Source: Nemertoderma westbladi (taxonomy: Eukaryota; Animalia; Xenacoelomorpha). From it: a DNA stretch of 49,950 nucleotides. This document shows positions 11,857-24,659 of this stretch, piece by piece. Numbering within the stretch: the first letter of the stretch is position 1; every line of letters begins with the position of its first letter. Location: the NCBI GenBank assembly GCA_032718475.1, contig JAUCBJ010001826.1, positions 1-49,950 of the forward strand, given 5' to 3'. A model generated the notes under the pieces. That model ran no database searches. It saw nothing but the letters and a program-made list of their open reading frames with translations, and had not been told where the DNA came from. A program made the translations under genes and the position numbers.

Positions 11857-13123
11857 TCCACGAAGCTAAGGAAAATCAACTACTTTCGCTAAGAAAGATT
11901 TTCCTTAGCTGAGATGGTCTATTCATAGTGGGCTATTTTACTTGTGTGAGGCAGATTTGGTTTTTTTTGATAGGTGAAAAAACTAGCCTTTAAAAGTACC
12001 CTGAAATTTTGCATGTATATACTACTCGTCGAGGCGCATCTTTTGGGCTGGGTCTCATATCCAGGAAAAATCTGGTTTCCATGGCAACGGACTTAGAAAA
12101 AAGTCTATGTATTTCAAGTCAATATTTAAAACTCTATTTGTAGGAAAACTATAATAGATATAAACTTGGGGTTTCTCAACACAACTATAAGGTCCATAGC
12201 AGAGCCGATTGAGGTTAAATAGAAAATCCAGTTACCTTGGCAACCGGGCTAGACAGATGTTAAAATTTATAAAATGTTAATTTGAAGCCTAAGGTTAAGG
12301 TGTTATGACTTGGGACCAACCCCTACCCCCACTATATAACTTATTCTGCATCCGAATTACATTGTTCTATTTTTCAGTTACCATGACAACCGCTGAAAAC
12401 AGATGTTTTTATTCAAAACTTATTCATTTGGACATAGACTTCACGATAAAATTTTACAAAACTGGGTATGTGTTATCTGGACCACGAGTTGGAACTTTTA
12501 GTGAAACTTAAATTATTCCAGAAATTTAGTTACCATGGTAACTGTAGTTTATTAAACTCTATATCATTCAAATCTATATTGATAACTCTATTTGTAGCAA
12601 AACTGTAATATATATAAACTTGGGGTTTTGCAACTCATCTATAAGATCCATATCCAAGCCGTTTGAGGTTAATTAGAAAATACAGTTACCATAGCAACAA
12701 GTCTAAACAGATGTTAAAATTTATAAAATGATAATTTGAAGCACAAGTTAATAGTATTATGACTTGGGACTAACCCCTACCCCCACAATATGACTTATTC
12801 TGCATCCGAATTACATTGTTCTATTTTTCAGTTTCCATGACAACCACTGCAAACAGATGCAATTTGATAGAAAATCGGTAATCTGGACATAAACTACAAT
12901 ATTTTCTGAAACTCAGTATATGTGTTATCTGAACCACAATCTGTACTGAATTTTTTTTCAAAGGTTAAAGCAACAGTTCCAGAGAACTCTAGTTTCCATG
13001 GGAATAGAAGTTAATTATTGACAATTGCTACTAAGCGAGGCTAAGCAACGAACCAAAGTGTGGCCGTTTGTTTAATTTTCCTTAGCTTCGTGGTTGCATT
13101 TCCTTTAGGAAATGCCTTTCTCG
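11857..13123 (+). mobile_element. Full-length 1267-bp Helitron-like monomer
   Basis: TC start, internal ~450-bp duplication, subterminal inverted repeat, 3' hairpin and CTCG end. Confidence 0.88.
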
Positions 13124-13966
13124 AAAATATGTGAACTACTAATCAACGATTCCCGGGTCGAGATCTCCACAAAGAATATAATTTACCGCTATAGCGGGTC
13201 CTTATCTGATCTACTAAACAGCCTCCCCAGACTGTGTATTTTCTAGGATAATCTATTGATCCACGAAGCTAAGGAAAATCAACTACTTTCGCTAAGAAAG
13301 ATTTTCCTTAGCTGAGATGGTCTATTCATAGTGGGCTATTTTACTTGTATGGGGCAGATTAGTTTTTTTTTGATAGGTGAAAAAACTAGCCTTTAAAAGT
13401 ACCCTGAAATTTTGCATGTATATACTACTCGTCGAGGCGCATCTTTTGGACTGGGTCTCATATCCATGAAAAATCTGGTTTCCATGGCAACGGACTTAGA
13501 AAAAAGTCTATGTATTCCAGTCAATATTTATAACTCTATTTGTAGGAAAACTATAATAGATATAAACTTGGGGTTTCTCAACTCAACTATAAGGTCCATA
13601 GCAGAGCCGATTGAGGTTAAATAGAAAATCCAGTTACCTTGGCAACCGGGCTAAACAGATGTTAAAATTTATAAAATGTTAATTTGAAGCCTAAGGTTAA
13701 GGTGTTATGACTTGGGACCAACCCCTACCCCTACTATATAACTTATTCTGCGTCCTAATTTGATTGTTCTATTTTGCAGTTACCATGACAACTGCTGTAA
13801 ACAGATGTTTTTATACAAAAATTACTCATTTGGACATAGACTTCGCTATAAAATTTTACGAAACTGGTTATGTGTTAACTAGACCACTAGTTGGAACTTT
13901 TAGTGAAACTAAAAAACATTCCAGAAATATCTAGTTAACGTGGTAACTAGAGTTTATTACAGATTA

Positions 13967-15232
13967 TCCACGAAGCTAAGGAAAATCAACTACTTTCGCT
14001 AAGAAAGATTTTCCTTAGCTGAGATGGTCTATTCATAGTGGGCTATTTTACTTGTGTGAGGCAGATTTGGTTTTTTTTGATTCCGGAAAAAACTAGCCTT
14101 TAAAAGTACCCTGAAATTTTGCATGTATATACTACTCGGCGAGGCGCATCTTTTGGGCCGGGTCTCATATCCAGGAAAAATTTGGTTTCCATGGCAACGG
14201 ACTTCAAAAAAAGTCTATGTATTTCAAGTCAATATTTATAACTCTATTTGTAGGAAAACTATAATAGATATAAACTTGGGGTTTCGCAACACAACTATAA
14301 GGTCCATAGTAGATCCGATTGAGGCTAAATAGAAAATCCAGTTACCTTGGCAACCGGGATAAACAGATGTTAAAATTTATAAAATGTTAATTTGAGGCCT
14401 AAGGGCAAGGTGTTATGACTTGGGACCAACCCTTACCCCCACTATATAACTTATTCTGCATCCGAATTACATTGTTCTATTTTTCAGTTACCATGACAAC
14501 CGCAGAAAACAGATGTTTTTATACAAAAATTATTCATTTGGACATAGACTTTGCGATAAAATTTTACAAAACTGGGTACGTGTTATCTGGACCACTAGTT
14601 GGAACTTTTAGTGAAACTTAATTATTCCAGAAATTTAGTTACCATGGTAACTGTAGTTTATTAAACTCTATATCATTCAAGTCTATATTGATAACTCTAT
14701 TTGTAGCAAAACTGTAATATATATAAACTTGGGGTTTTGCAACTCATCTATAAGATCCATATCCAAGCCGTTTGAGGTTAATTAGAAAATACAGTTACCA
14801 TAGCAACAAGTCTAAACAGATGTTAAAATTTATAAAATGATAATTTGAAGCACAAGTTAATAGTATTATGACTTGAGACTAACCCCTACCCCCACTATAT
14901 GACTTATTCTGCATCCGAATTACATTGTTCTATTTTTCAGTTTCCAAGACAACCACTGCAAACAGATGCATTTTGATAGAAAATCGGTAATTTGGACATA
15001 AACTACAATATTTTTTGAAACTCAGTATATGTGTTATCTGAACCACAATCTGTACTGAATTTTTTTTCAAAGGTTAAAGCAACAGTTCCAGAGAACTCTA
15101 GTTTCCATGGGAATAGAAGTTAATTATTGACAAATGCTACTAAACGAGGCTAAGTAACGAACCAAAGTGTGGCCGTTTGTTTAATTTTCCTTAGCTTCGT
15201 GGTTGCATTTCCTTTAGGAAATTCCTTTCTCG
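13967..15232 (+). mobile_element. Full-length 1266-bp Helitron-like monomer
   Basis: Same structure as 11857-13123. Confidence 0.88.
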
Positions 15233-16529
15233 TAAACTACAATATTTTCTGAAACTCGGTATATGTGTTATCCACGAAGTTAAGGAAAATCAACTACTTT
15301 CGCTAAGAAAGATTTTCCTTAGCTGAGATGGTCTATTCATAGTGGGCTGTTTTACTTGTATGGAGCAGATTTAGTGTTTTTTGATAGGTGAAAAAACTAG
15401 CCTTTAAAAGTACCCTGAAATTTTGCATGTATATACAACTCATCAAGGCGCGTCGTGTGGGATGGGTCTCATATCCAGGAAAAATCTGGTTTCCATGGCA
15501 ACGGACTTAGAAAAAAGTCTATGTATTTCAAGTCAATATTTGTAACTCTATTTGTAGGAAAACTATAATACATATAAACTTGGGGTTTCCCAACACAACT
15601 ATAAGGTCCATAACAGAGCCAATTGAGGTTAAATAGAAAATCCAGTTACCTTGGCAACCGGGCTAAACAGATGTTAAAATTTTTAAAATGTTAATTTGAA
15701 GCCTAAGGTTAAGGTGTGATGACTTGGGACCAATCCCTACCCCCACTATATAACTTATTCTGCGTCCGAATTTGATTGTTCTATTTTGCAGTTACCATGA
15801 CAACCGCTGAAAACAGATGTTTTTATACAACAATTATTCATTTGGACATAGACTTCACGATAAAATTTTACAAAACTGGGTATGTGTTATCTGGACCACT
15901 AGTTGGAACTTTTAGTGAAACTCAAAACATTCCAGAAATATCTAGTTACCATGGTAACTGGAGCTTATTAAAGTCAATATCATTCAAGTCTATATTTTTA
16001 ACTCTTGTTTGTAGGAAAACTGTATTAGATATAAATATTGGGTTTCCCAACTCAACTATAAGGAAGGTCCTTAGAGGAGCCAATTGTGGTTAATTAGAAA
16101 ATCCAGTTACCTTGGTAACCAGGCTAAACAGATGTTATAATTTAAAAAATTATAATTAGAAACACAAGTTAAAGGCATTATGACTTGGGACCAACCCCTA
16201 CCACCATAATATCACTTATTCTGCATCCAATCTACGTTGTTCTATTTGCCAGTTACCTTGACAACCACTGCAAACAGACTTTTTAACAAATTAATAATTA
16301 ATTTTGCACATAAACTACTCAATGAAGCTTCCTTGAAGTCGATGTGTCACCTGGAACCACAAACTAGATCTTAATGTAAAACTCAGCATTTCTAGAAAAG
16401 TCCAGTTACCTTGGCAATACCGGGAGTTCTTTTAACTCGGTAAATCAATGAACTGATGAGTCAAAGAGTGTCTAATTTTCCTTAGCTTCGTGGTTGCATT
16501 TCCTTTAGGAAATGCCTTTCTAGTAATAA

Positions 16530-18857
16530 TCCACGAAGCTAAGGAAAATCAACTACTTTCGCTAAGAAAGATTTTCCTTAGCTGAGATGGTCTATTCATA
16601 GTGGGCTATTTTACTTGTGTGAGGCAGATTTGGGGTTTTTTGATAGGCGAAAAAACTAGCCTTTAAAAGTACCCTGAAATTTTGCATGTATATACTACTC
16701 GGCGAGGCGCATCTTTTGGGCCGGGTCTCATATCCAGGAAAAATCTGGTTTCCATGGCAACGGACTTCAAAAAAAGTCTATGTATTTCAAGTCAATATTT
16801 ATAACTCTATTTGTAGGAAAACTATAATAGATTTAAACTTGGGGTTTTGCAACACAACTATAAGGTCCATAGCAGATCCGATTGAGGCTAAATAGAAAAT
16901 CCAGTTACGTTGGCAACCGGGATAAACAGATGTTAAAATTTATAAAATGATAATTTGAGGCCTAAGGGCAAGGTGTTATGACTTGAGACCAACCCCTACC
17001 CCCACTATATAACTTATTCTGCATCCGAATTACATTGTTCTATTTTTCAGTTACCATGACAACAGCCGAAAACAGATGTTTTTATACAAAAATTATTCAT
17101 TTGGACATAGACTTCGCGATAAAATTTTACAAAACTGGGTATGTGTTATCTGCACCACTAGTTGGAACTTTTAGTGAAACTTAAATCATTCCAGAAATTT
17201 AGTTACCATGGTAACTGTAGTTTATTAAACTCTATATCATTCAAGTCTATATTGATAACTCTATTTCTAGCAAAACTGTAATATATATAAACTTGGGGTT
17301 TTGTAACTCATCTATAATTTCCATATCCATCCAAGCCGTTTGAGGTTAATTAGAAAGTACAGTTACCATAGCAACAAGACTAAACAGATGTTACTATTTA
17401 TAAAATGATAATTTGAAGCACAAGTTAATAGTATTATGACTTGGGACCAAGACCTACCCCCACTATATGACTTATTCTGCATCCGAATTACATTATTATA
17501 TTTTTCAGTTTCCATGACAACCACTGCAAACAGATGCATTTTGATAGAAAATCGGTAATTTGGACATAAACTACAATATTTTCTGAAACTCGGTATATGT
17601 GTTATCCACGAAGTTAAGGAAAATCAACTACTTTCGCTAAGAAAGATTTTCCTTAGCTGAGATGGTCTATTCATAGTGGGCTGTTTTACTTGTATGGAGC
17701 AGATTTAGTGTTTTTTGATAGGTGAAAAAACTAGCCTTTAAAAGTACCCTGAAATTTTGCATGTATATACAACTCATCAAGGCGCGTCGTGTGGGATGGG
17801 TCTCATATCCAGGAAAAATCTGGTTTCCATGGCAACGGACTTAGAAAAAAGTCTATGTATTTCAAGTCAATATTTGTAACTCTATTTGTAGGAAAACTAT
17901 AATACATATAAACTTGGGGTTTCCCAACACAACTATAAGGTCCATAACAGAGCCAATTGAGGTTAAATAGAAAATCCAGTTACCTTGGCAACCGGGCTAA
18001 ACAGATGTTAAAATTTTTAAAATGTTAATTTGAAGCCTAAGGTTAAGGTGTGATGACTTGGGACCAATCCCTACCCCCACTATATAACTTATTCTGCGTC
18101 CGAATTTGATTGTTCTATTTTGCAGTTACCATGACAACCGCTGAAAACAGATGTTTTTATACAACAATTATTCATTTGGACATAGACTTCACGATAAAAT
18201 TTTACAAAACTGGGTATGTGTTATCTGGACCACTAGTTGGAACTTTTAGTGAAACTCAAAACATTCCAGAAATATCTAGTTACCATGGTAACTGGAGCTT
18301 ATTAAAGTCAATATCATTCAAGTCTATATTTTTAACTCTTGTTTGTAGGAAAACTGTATTAGATATAAATATTGGGTTTCCCAACTCAACTATAAGGAAG
18401 GTCCTTAGAGGAGCCAATTGTGGTTAATTAGAAAATCCAGTTACCTTGGTAACCAGGCTAAACAGATGTTATAATTTAAAAAATTATAATTAGAAACACA
18501 AGTTAAAGGCATTATGACTTGGGACCAACCCCTACCACCATAATATCACTTATTCTGCATCCAATCTACGTTGTTCTATTTGCCAGTTACCTTGACAACC
18601 ACTGCAAACAGACTTTTTAACAAATTAATAATTAATTTTGCACATAAACTACTCAATGAAGCTTCCTTGAAGTCGATGTGTCACCTGGAACCACAAACTA
18701 GATCTTAATGTAAAACTCAGCATTTCTAGAAAAGTCCAGTTACCTTGGCAATACCGGGAGTTCTTTTAACTCGGTAAATCAATGAACTGATGAGTCAAAG
18801 AGTGTCTAATTTTCCTTAGCTTCGTGGTTGCATTTCCTTTAGGAAATGCCTTTCTAG
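16530..18857 (+). mobile_element. Uninterrupted 2328-bp composite Helitron-like unit (3'-truncated copy A plus full copy B)
   Basis: The same 2328-bp length is recovered from 7674-8710 + 15233-16523 and from 8711-11856 minus 10722-11539. Confidence 0.9.
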
Positions 18858-18926
18858 TATAATAATAATATAATAATAATATAATAATAATAATAAATAT
18901 AAAATGGCAGTACTGCAGTACACAGT

Positions 18927-19807
18927 ATGGGATCGTTCGTAGCTCTGTAGCTGACTGTCAGACTGTGGTGTTCAGAAGGAAATCGGACGTGCGTTGGATG
19001 TCCTGGATTGGAGTCTCAGTCTACCGACCAACTTGCAGGGTGAGGCTGTCCCTCTGCAGCTCTGATCCTGGGCGGTGGAGACTGTGCTGATGGCAGCGGA
19101 AAGGGAAGCGGGCAGCCGGGGCATTCTGTATCCCGATACTACAGCTGGTCCATGAAACTCTACGGTACAAACTCCGAGATGGAAAACTCGATGGGAAATC
19201 GGGGGGAAGAACTAGGCCTACGAAATTTCAGTTGAACCCATTCGATAGAGCGATAGAGGTGACCAGTTGGCCATCTCCCGCCGGACGGATTGCTGTGTCA
19301 TGCGCGTGACCAGAGGAGTTGGCATGGCACGGTACCCGGACGACTAAAGGAATAGTCGGATCCGGTCGTTACTATTCAGCTATTGACGAGGCGACGGTAA
19401 AGGACGAGGTGCGAGGGGCCATGTCGGGTTGGTTGGAGCACCGGAAGCGCGACACTCGATATCGGGACTGATAAAAATAGTTTTGGCTTCGGAGGAAACG
19501 GTAAGAAGTGCTTCAGGCGGCGTTTTGACGACTATCAGACTATGGACAACCATATGGACTAGGCGACGTGATCGGTTATCGGATCGATCTGGATGTGGGC
19601 ACAATTTGGTACCGGTACAGTAAAAACGGAAGTGATCTCGGGAAAGCTTTCGAGATTCCCGCTAATTTACGCAAACTCCCGTTATTCATGTATTCCCGCA
19701 GTCTGTCTGTATCTTTAAAGAATGCTGAAATTATGTTTATTTTCGCCGAATTTGTCCGTTTATCTGCGCATCTTCTTTCCGGGTACACCATTGTATCCCG
19801 GGTGCCG
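18927..19807 (+). pseudogene. DDX1: Intronless 5' fragment of DEAD-box helicase DDX1 (Q-motif/motif I region plus SPRY domain), frameshifted
   Basis: Stitching frames gives [114 protein letters not shown]...FDDY and GDVIGYRIDLD...SKNGSDLGKAFEIP..L...LKNAE. A SPRY domain inserted after motif I is diagnostic of DDX1. An alternative ATG lies at 18904. Confidence 0.9.
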
Positions 19808-21179
19808 TTTTGTACCTACAATCTGATTACAATCTGATTATTATTATGATTGCTACATAACATGGTATAGAGACTATCTTATCTTATAACCGTTATCAAC
19901 AGTGTTGTAGTCATAATTTGCAACGTTTCATTGAAATAATCACTTCAAATATTCGAATACATTCTACCCATAATAATTAATACGAATTATTGTAAAACTA
20001 TTTTTCTATGCGGAAATCCAGACTGAAAGTCTCTCTCTTGATATCTGTTGTTCCTTTGCGTCAATATAATTAGAGTGTATTTAACAAATTTATTGTATCC
20101 GTTGAAATGTATTTGTTAAACAATAATTTAGTTGTCATGATTTTTAAGTAAGATTAGGTTAATTAAAGCCTTTATAAAATTATTATTATTATCCTGGGGG
20201 AAACTTTACAGCTTTATCGAAACTCTATAGCTCCATGGTAAGTATAGCTCCACGAAACTCTATGGGGGGAGGGGGGGGGGGGGGGGTAGTATACACCAGG
20301 TATTAAACTAAACTGAACCTTTTTCTTATATATGACGGACAGATTGTCGGATAGTCAGAAATACCAAATTTAATATACTATCTAGTTAAGTTTTTGAATT
20401 TATTTTTTGAAATATACCAGAACATGACTAGCTATTTTATTTTTAAAAAATAATGTTCTAGAACGAATATTTTTTGAAATATTTAAAAAATTATCAAACA
20501 CTAATTAGTATAAACAATTTCGTGGGAGGGTGTACGACGTACCTCCAGTTCCCCCTCCCTCCTCCAAGCCAATTACTAGCTCTACCTGTAGCATGGACGT
20601 AGGGAGCATCTGGAGTGGGGTAGGGCACATTTTTGAAAAGCGGACCTTTATCATTTAAATAATTTTTTTTATATTTATTATAACTAACCGACCACAGGAC
20701 TATGTTAATTAACCCAACCACCCCCCCCCCCCCCCCCCCCCCCCCGATTGTTACCTTAGATACCGCTATTAATATGTTTTTTGCAATTTAAAGTTGAAAT
20801 TTAAACCTGTATTTGTAAAAGAAATTCGAAAAAACTCAAAATACGAATGGATTTGATTTGATGGGATTGATTTGATTGTACCATGACCTTTTAATTGCAC
20901 ACAAATAAATACAATACAAAGCTAAAATAATGTTGGGACATCTTTAACAATTAACTTTACTACGTGTCTCATGTCCTAGAGCGTCCTCTACCGACAGGGG
21001 CGGTTCTAGGATTTTGCTTGGGGGGGGGGGGGGGGGGGGGGCAAAATATTTAATTTGCTGAGGTCAATTTTTCGGACTTGTAAATGGCTCCACGCAATCT
21101 GGCCACGTTTATAAACGCCAGCTTTAAATCGTTCAAAAAAAACATTCCTAACAACAACTTTGTCTAAACCCGTCCATGT

Positions 21180-21384
21180 CTAATTATCTAATTATTTAGT
21201 TAATGGAAGGGTCGCAGCCTTCAGCTGGTGGTAACCCGTATCGGTCCAAAGATGTGGAGGAGAGACGCGACGTGTGTGGCACTCCTTTCCATTAATTTGT
21301 AATGATATCGTTTATTGTTTTGGTTAGTTAGGTTTCGGTATGGAGATGGTGTTCTGCGCAATAAAATAATTATCTTATCTTATC
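21180..21384 (+). mobile_element. Probable retroposon 3' end with (TATCT)n tail
   Basis: Long stem ttaatggaagg...cctttccattaa, AATAAA, then tatcttatcttatc. Confidence 0.35.
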
Positions 21385-21513
21385 GGATCGGACGGCATCT
21401 GACATATAATTCTACCTCATCAGGCTGTCAGATACCGGCCCTACTAATTACCCCAACCTACCACAAAACGACCACGATCTACCGCAATCTACTCCAACAA
21501 TTCGATACAGGCA

Positions 21514-21629
21514 TAATTACCACAATATTATTTTACAATGGCATCTAATTACCACAATATACAGAACGCAAGTGTCTAATTACCACAATAGGCCGACAGA
21601 ACGCAAGTGTCTAATTACCACAACACTAT
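21514..21629. repeat. Left part of the 57-bp satellite
   Basis: ctaattaccacaatatacagaacgcaagtgt units continue on the far side of the LTR element. Confidence 0.9.
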
Positions 21630-22859
21630 TGTAAAAGCTTCTGTGGGATATAACTGGCCCCTTTTGCTTCGCAATCCAGTTTCCCCCCAGGCGCTGGAAT
21701 ACTCTAAAAAGGTTCTCTAACTGTATATATATTCCCCTCGCCCGCAAGGTACCGTTACAGGTGTTTTAACGGACATAAAAGTCATTCTGCTATATACGTG
21801 TTTTGGCGGACATGGTAAGGCAAAAAACCTGCAATGCACCAACTACCTTTCACAGCTTAGCCGTGATGATTCATATTACGACATCTAACAGCTGGTTGCT
21901 GACATGGAAACAGCCATTGGATGCATGGTTCTTTGTTTGGCTTGAGCCAATCAGAGCGTTTTTTCCTGTCGACGTGTAGCTTTTCGGCCGATCATAAGGA
22001 GAGTGTTCAGTCTTACTGTTTTTACTTGATACTTTGTTGTTATTGCTGTCTAAGCCAGAAACACCGGCTCTAAGAACTCTAGTAAAACTGCTTAGATTAT
22101 AGAAAGTATAACTGTTACCGGCGGTGTTACCTCACTTAATTTAACTGCACTAATCATATTGTTTGTACTGCTATTTACCGTCAGTTATTAATTGTATCTA
22201 TTTGTTGATGGAAATATTGCTCTTTGGAGAATACGGATAAATCACCCAAAATTCCCAATTTCTTGATACACTACAGGTTAGAGAGACAGGCTATATATAA
22301 CAATTGCGATTTATATCAATGTGGTGTGTATTGAATCTAATGTTATTTAGTAGACACTACCTGAGTCAATTGCTGTTCTCTTTATGTGTGATCAAATATA
22401 CTGACGGTCGGCAGAATAGTGTGCATGATTGTGAGTGTGATGTGACTGGTAACAAAGCATTTCCTAAAGAATGCGACTTATACTTTAATCATAAGCCTTA
22501 TCGTTGCGTTTAGTATAAGTCCTAGCTCTGTTTAAATAGATAGAGCGCCACGTCCTAAAGGAACTGTTAATATTTCCCGAAAGTTAATAATATCTGTCAG
22601 AAATTACATTATTAGCGATCAATCGAATAATACAGTAGGCTTACACTGCAACCTTACACTGCAATAATAAAATCTAAGCATCCGAATTCAGCCTCCCGGG
22701 TGTAGATCCATCGGGTGAATGATCGCGCATGGGCTGGCTTCGGCTAATGTTTTGTTTATTAGCATAAAATATTGTCGTATGCTAAAGGTGTGTTAATTAA
22801 CTAAAAGACATATAAATTTTGGCAGGTTAAACTGCTAAAGGTCTTCAAAAGCGCGAACA
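21630..22859 (+). repeat. 5' LTR (1230 bp)
   Basis: tgtaaaagcttc...gcgcgaaca; near-identical to 31339-32559. Confidence 0.97.
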
Positions 22860-23139
22860 GTAACAGTTATAATCTTATTGCAGTAGGCAATAAGGTTGCA
22901 AAATACCGTAGTAACCGGTATTTCTGTAGGTCTGTAGGCCTAACTGTCATCACCGGTACCGGTACTGCTGTACAAGTACATTTAGTATTATTTCGATTGT
23001 GATCTATTGTATATTGTAGGCTGCCAGGGGAATAGGGATTGATCACCCCTCATTCTTTTGTATAGTTTACTTATTTCTGTCGGTTTTATTTACTAGTAGG
23101 CTAATATTGAGCAGAAGGCGTGTGACCCTGCTCAGATTG

Positions 23140-23715
23140 TTCAGATAATTGTAGGCTGAGCTGCTGTCTGACTGTTGTTGAGTTTGGAGAGATTGCGGTG
23201 TGTGTAGAGTTGGTCTGATAAAGTGCCGTCAGTAAGTTGGGGCAGCCATATGCTGAAGGTCAATCCCCTCTTAAAGAATAAGTCGTACTACCGTGTTAGA
23301 ACGCATACTAACTAACAGTTTCAGAGTCTGCATATACTGTAGTTTATTTTGACTTGATCGTAGTCTGCCAGTGTTTTAGCCTGTGTTTGTTTGTGTGGTC
23401 TGTTCAGGTACCGTAATAGTTATTACTCAAATATTTGTAGGCTGGATTGTTGTCTGGCTATTTTTGGGTCTGAAGGGATTGCTGCGTGTGTAGAGTTGGT
23501 CTGATCAAGTGCCGTTAGTAAGTTGGGGCAGCCATAAGCGGTAAGGTCAATCCCCTCTTAAAGAGTAAGTCGTACTACCGTGTTAGAACGCATACTAACT
23601 AACAGTTTCAGAATCTGCACATACTGTAGTTTGTTTAGGCTTAATAGTAGTCTGCCAGCGTTTGGTTTGTATTTGTTTGAGTATTCTGTACGGGTAGCGT
23701 AATATTTATTATTCA
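23140..23715. repeat. Diverged tandem duplication (~287-bp unit) in the LTR element leader
   Basis: aagtcgtactaccgtgttagaacgcatactaactaacagtttcaga occurs at about 23280 and 23567. Confidence 0.85.
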
Positions 23716-24659
23716 GAGTTTATGCGATTATTCGCAACTTTCATGTCCCCAAGTTTATTCCTACAGTAATTGTGCTTGTTATACATACCGTTATAGTTAA
23801 ACTAACCCCGGTACTACATCAGGGCTGCTCGGCGTAGGTAAAGACTGGAGATTTTGTGCTTCGGTCACTCCAGCAGATGCCGTGGTTCTTTTAACTGTTC
23901 AAGTATATTTAACTACTGATTATTTGTTATACCGGTACTTGTACCTAATTTAGGGTTTAGTGTACAGTGCTTTCCGAAGTAATTAGTGTAGGCAGTATAT
24001 TTGTGTTGTAAAGTGGTTGATAGGCACATTCGTTAGCTCTATTAGCTTCTGGGTAGGAACAATCCGTGATACATAACGTAGTACCTATAGCGATACGGTT
24101 ATAGGTCGTCAGGCGGTGGTATTTTCCTATCTGGACAGTACAATATATTTACTACTACTTATTATTTAAATACCGTAGTACCCTGTCCTTTGTAATAACC
24201 AGAAATCTAACCCTTTGTTGGACTGGTTTGTAGACTTCCTGTAAAATTACCCTAAAAATTTCGTACGTAATATTTTGTTGTGTTTAATTAGAGAATTAAT
24301 CTCACCCGTATCGTAAGTAATTTGTAGTATTAAGTAACTTAGGTAAATTAGAATTATCAGTTTTAGTGTCAAATAAATAGCACTTCACTGAGAGGCGTTC
24401 AGCTTCTGTGTAGTGACTCCCCCAGAAATAATAACATTTATTTCAAATATTGACAAAAACCCATTTTAAACGGGTATATAAATATTATAAATCAACTCAA
24501 ACGATTTATAAATAGTAGGCCTGCCATACAACAACTAGGTCTCAATATCAGTTGGACTACTGCTTAAATAACGGTAATAAAGTAAGTTAAAGTAACCAAG
24601 TAACCCTAAAATATTCAGAAATTCAATTATTCTAAAATAATTGACATACCAGTATTTAC

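Larger units (their letters stand above)
7674..18857 (+). mobile_element. Nested/tandem cluster of non-autonomous Helitron-like elements (10 left ends, 6 right ends)
   Basis: 5' ends TCCACGAAG(C/T)TAAGGAAAAT at 7674, 8711, 9786, 10722, 11857, 13260, 13967, 15271, 16530, 17605. 3' ends have the hairpin GCATTTCCT-TT-AGGAAATGC then CTAG/CTCG at 11539, 11856, 13123, 15232, 16523, 18857. Insertions fall between A and T without TSD. No Rep/helicase ORF. Confidence 0.9.

Noticed and set aside
7830-18427. Repeated 68-105-aa ORFs in the Helitron copies
   Set aside because: No recognisable domain; they recur because the DNA is repeated and are broken in some copies.
19380-19791. ORF-track ORFs 19380-19604, 19429-19623 and 19576-19791 as genes
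   Set aside because: They are off-frame or antisense to the DDX1 pseudogene.
20264-21041. Poly-G/poly-C tracts as functional G-quadruplex elements
   Set aside because: Homopolymers typical of MITE remnants and prone to sequencing length error; no further support.
22680-22760. HDV-like ribozyme in the LTR
   Set aside because: Could not build the P1/P1.1/P2/P3 double pseudoknot by eye; needs a covariance-model search.
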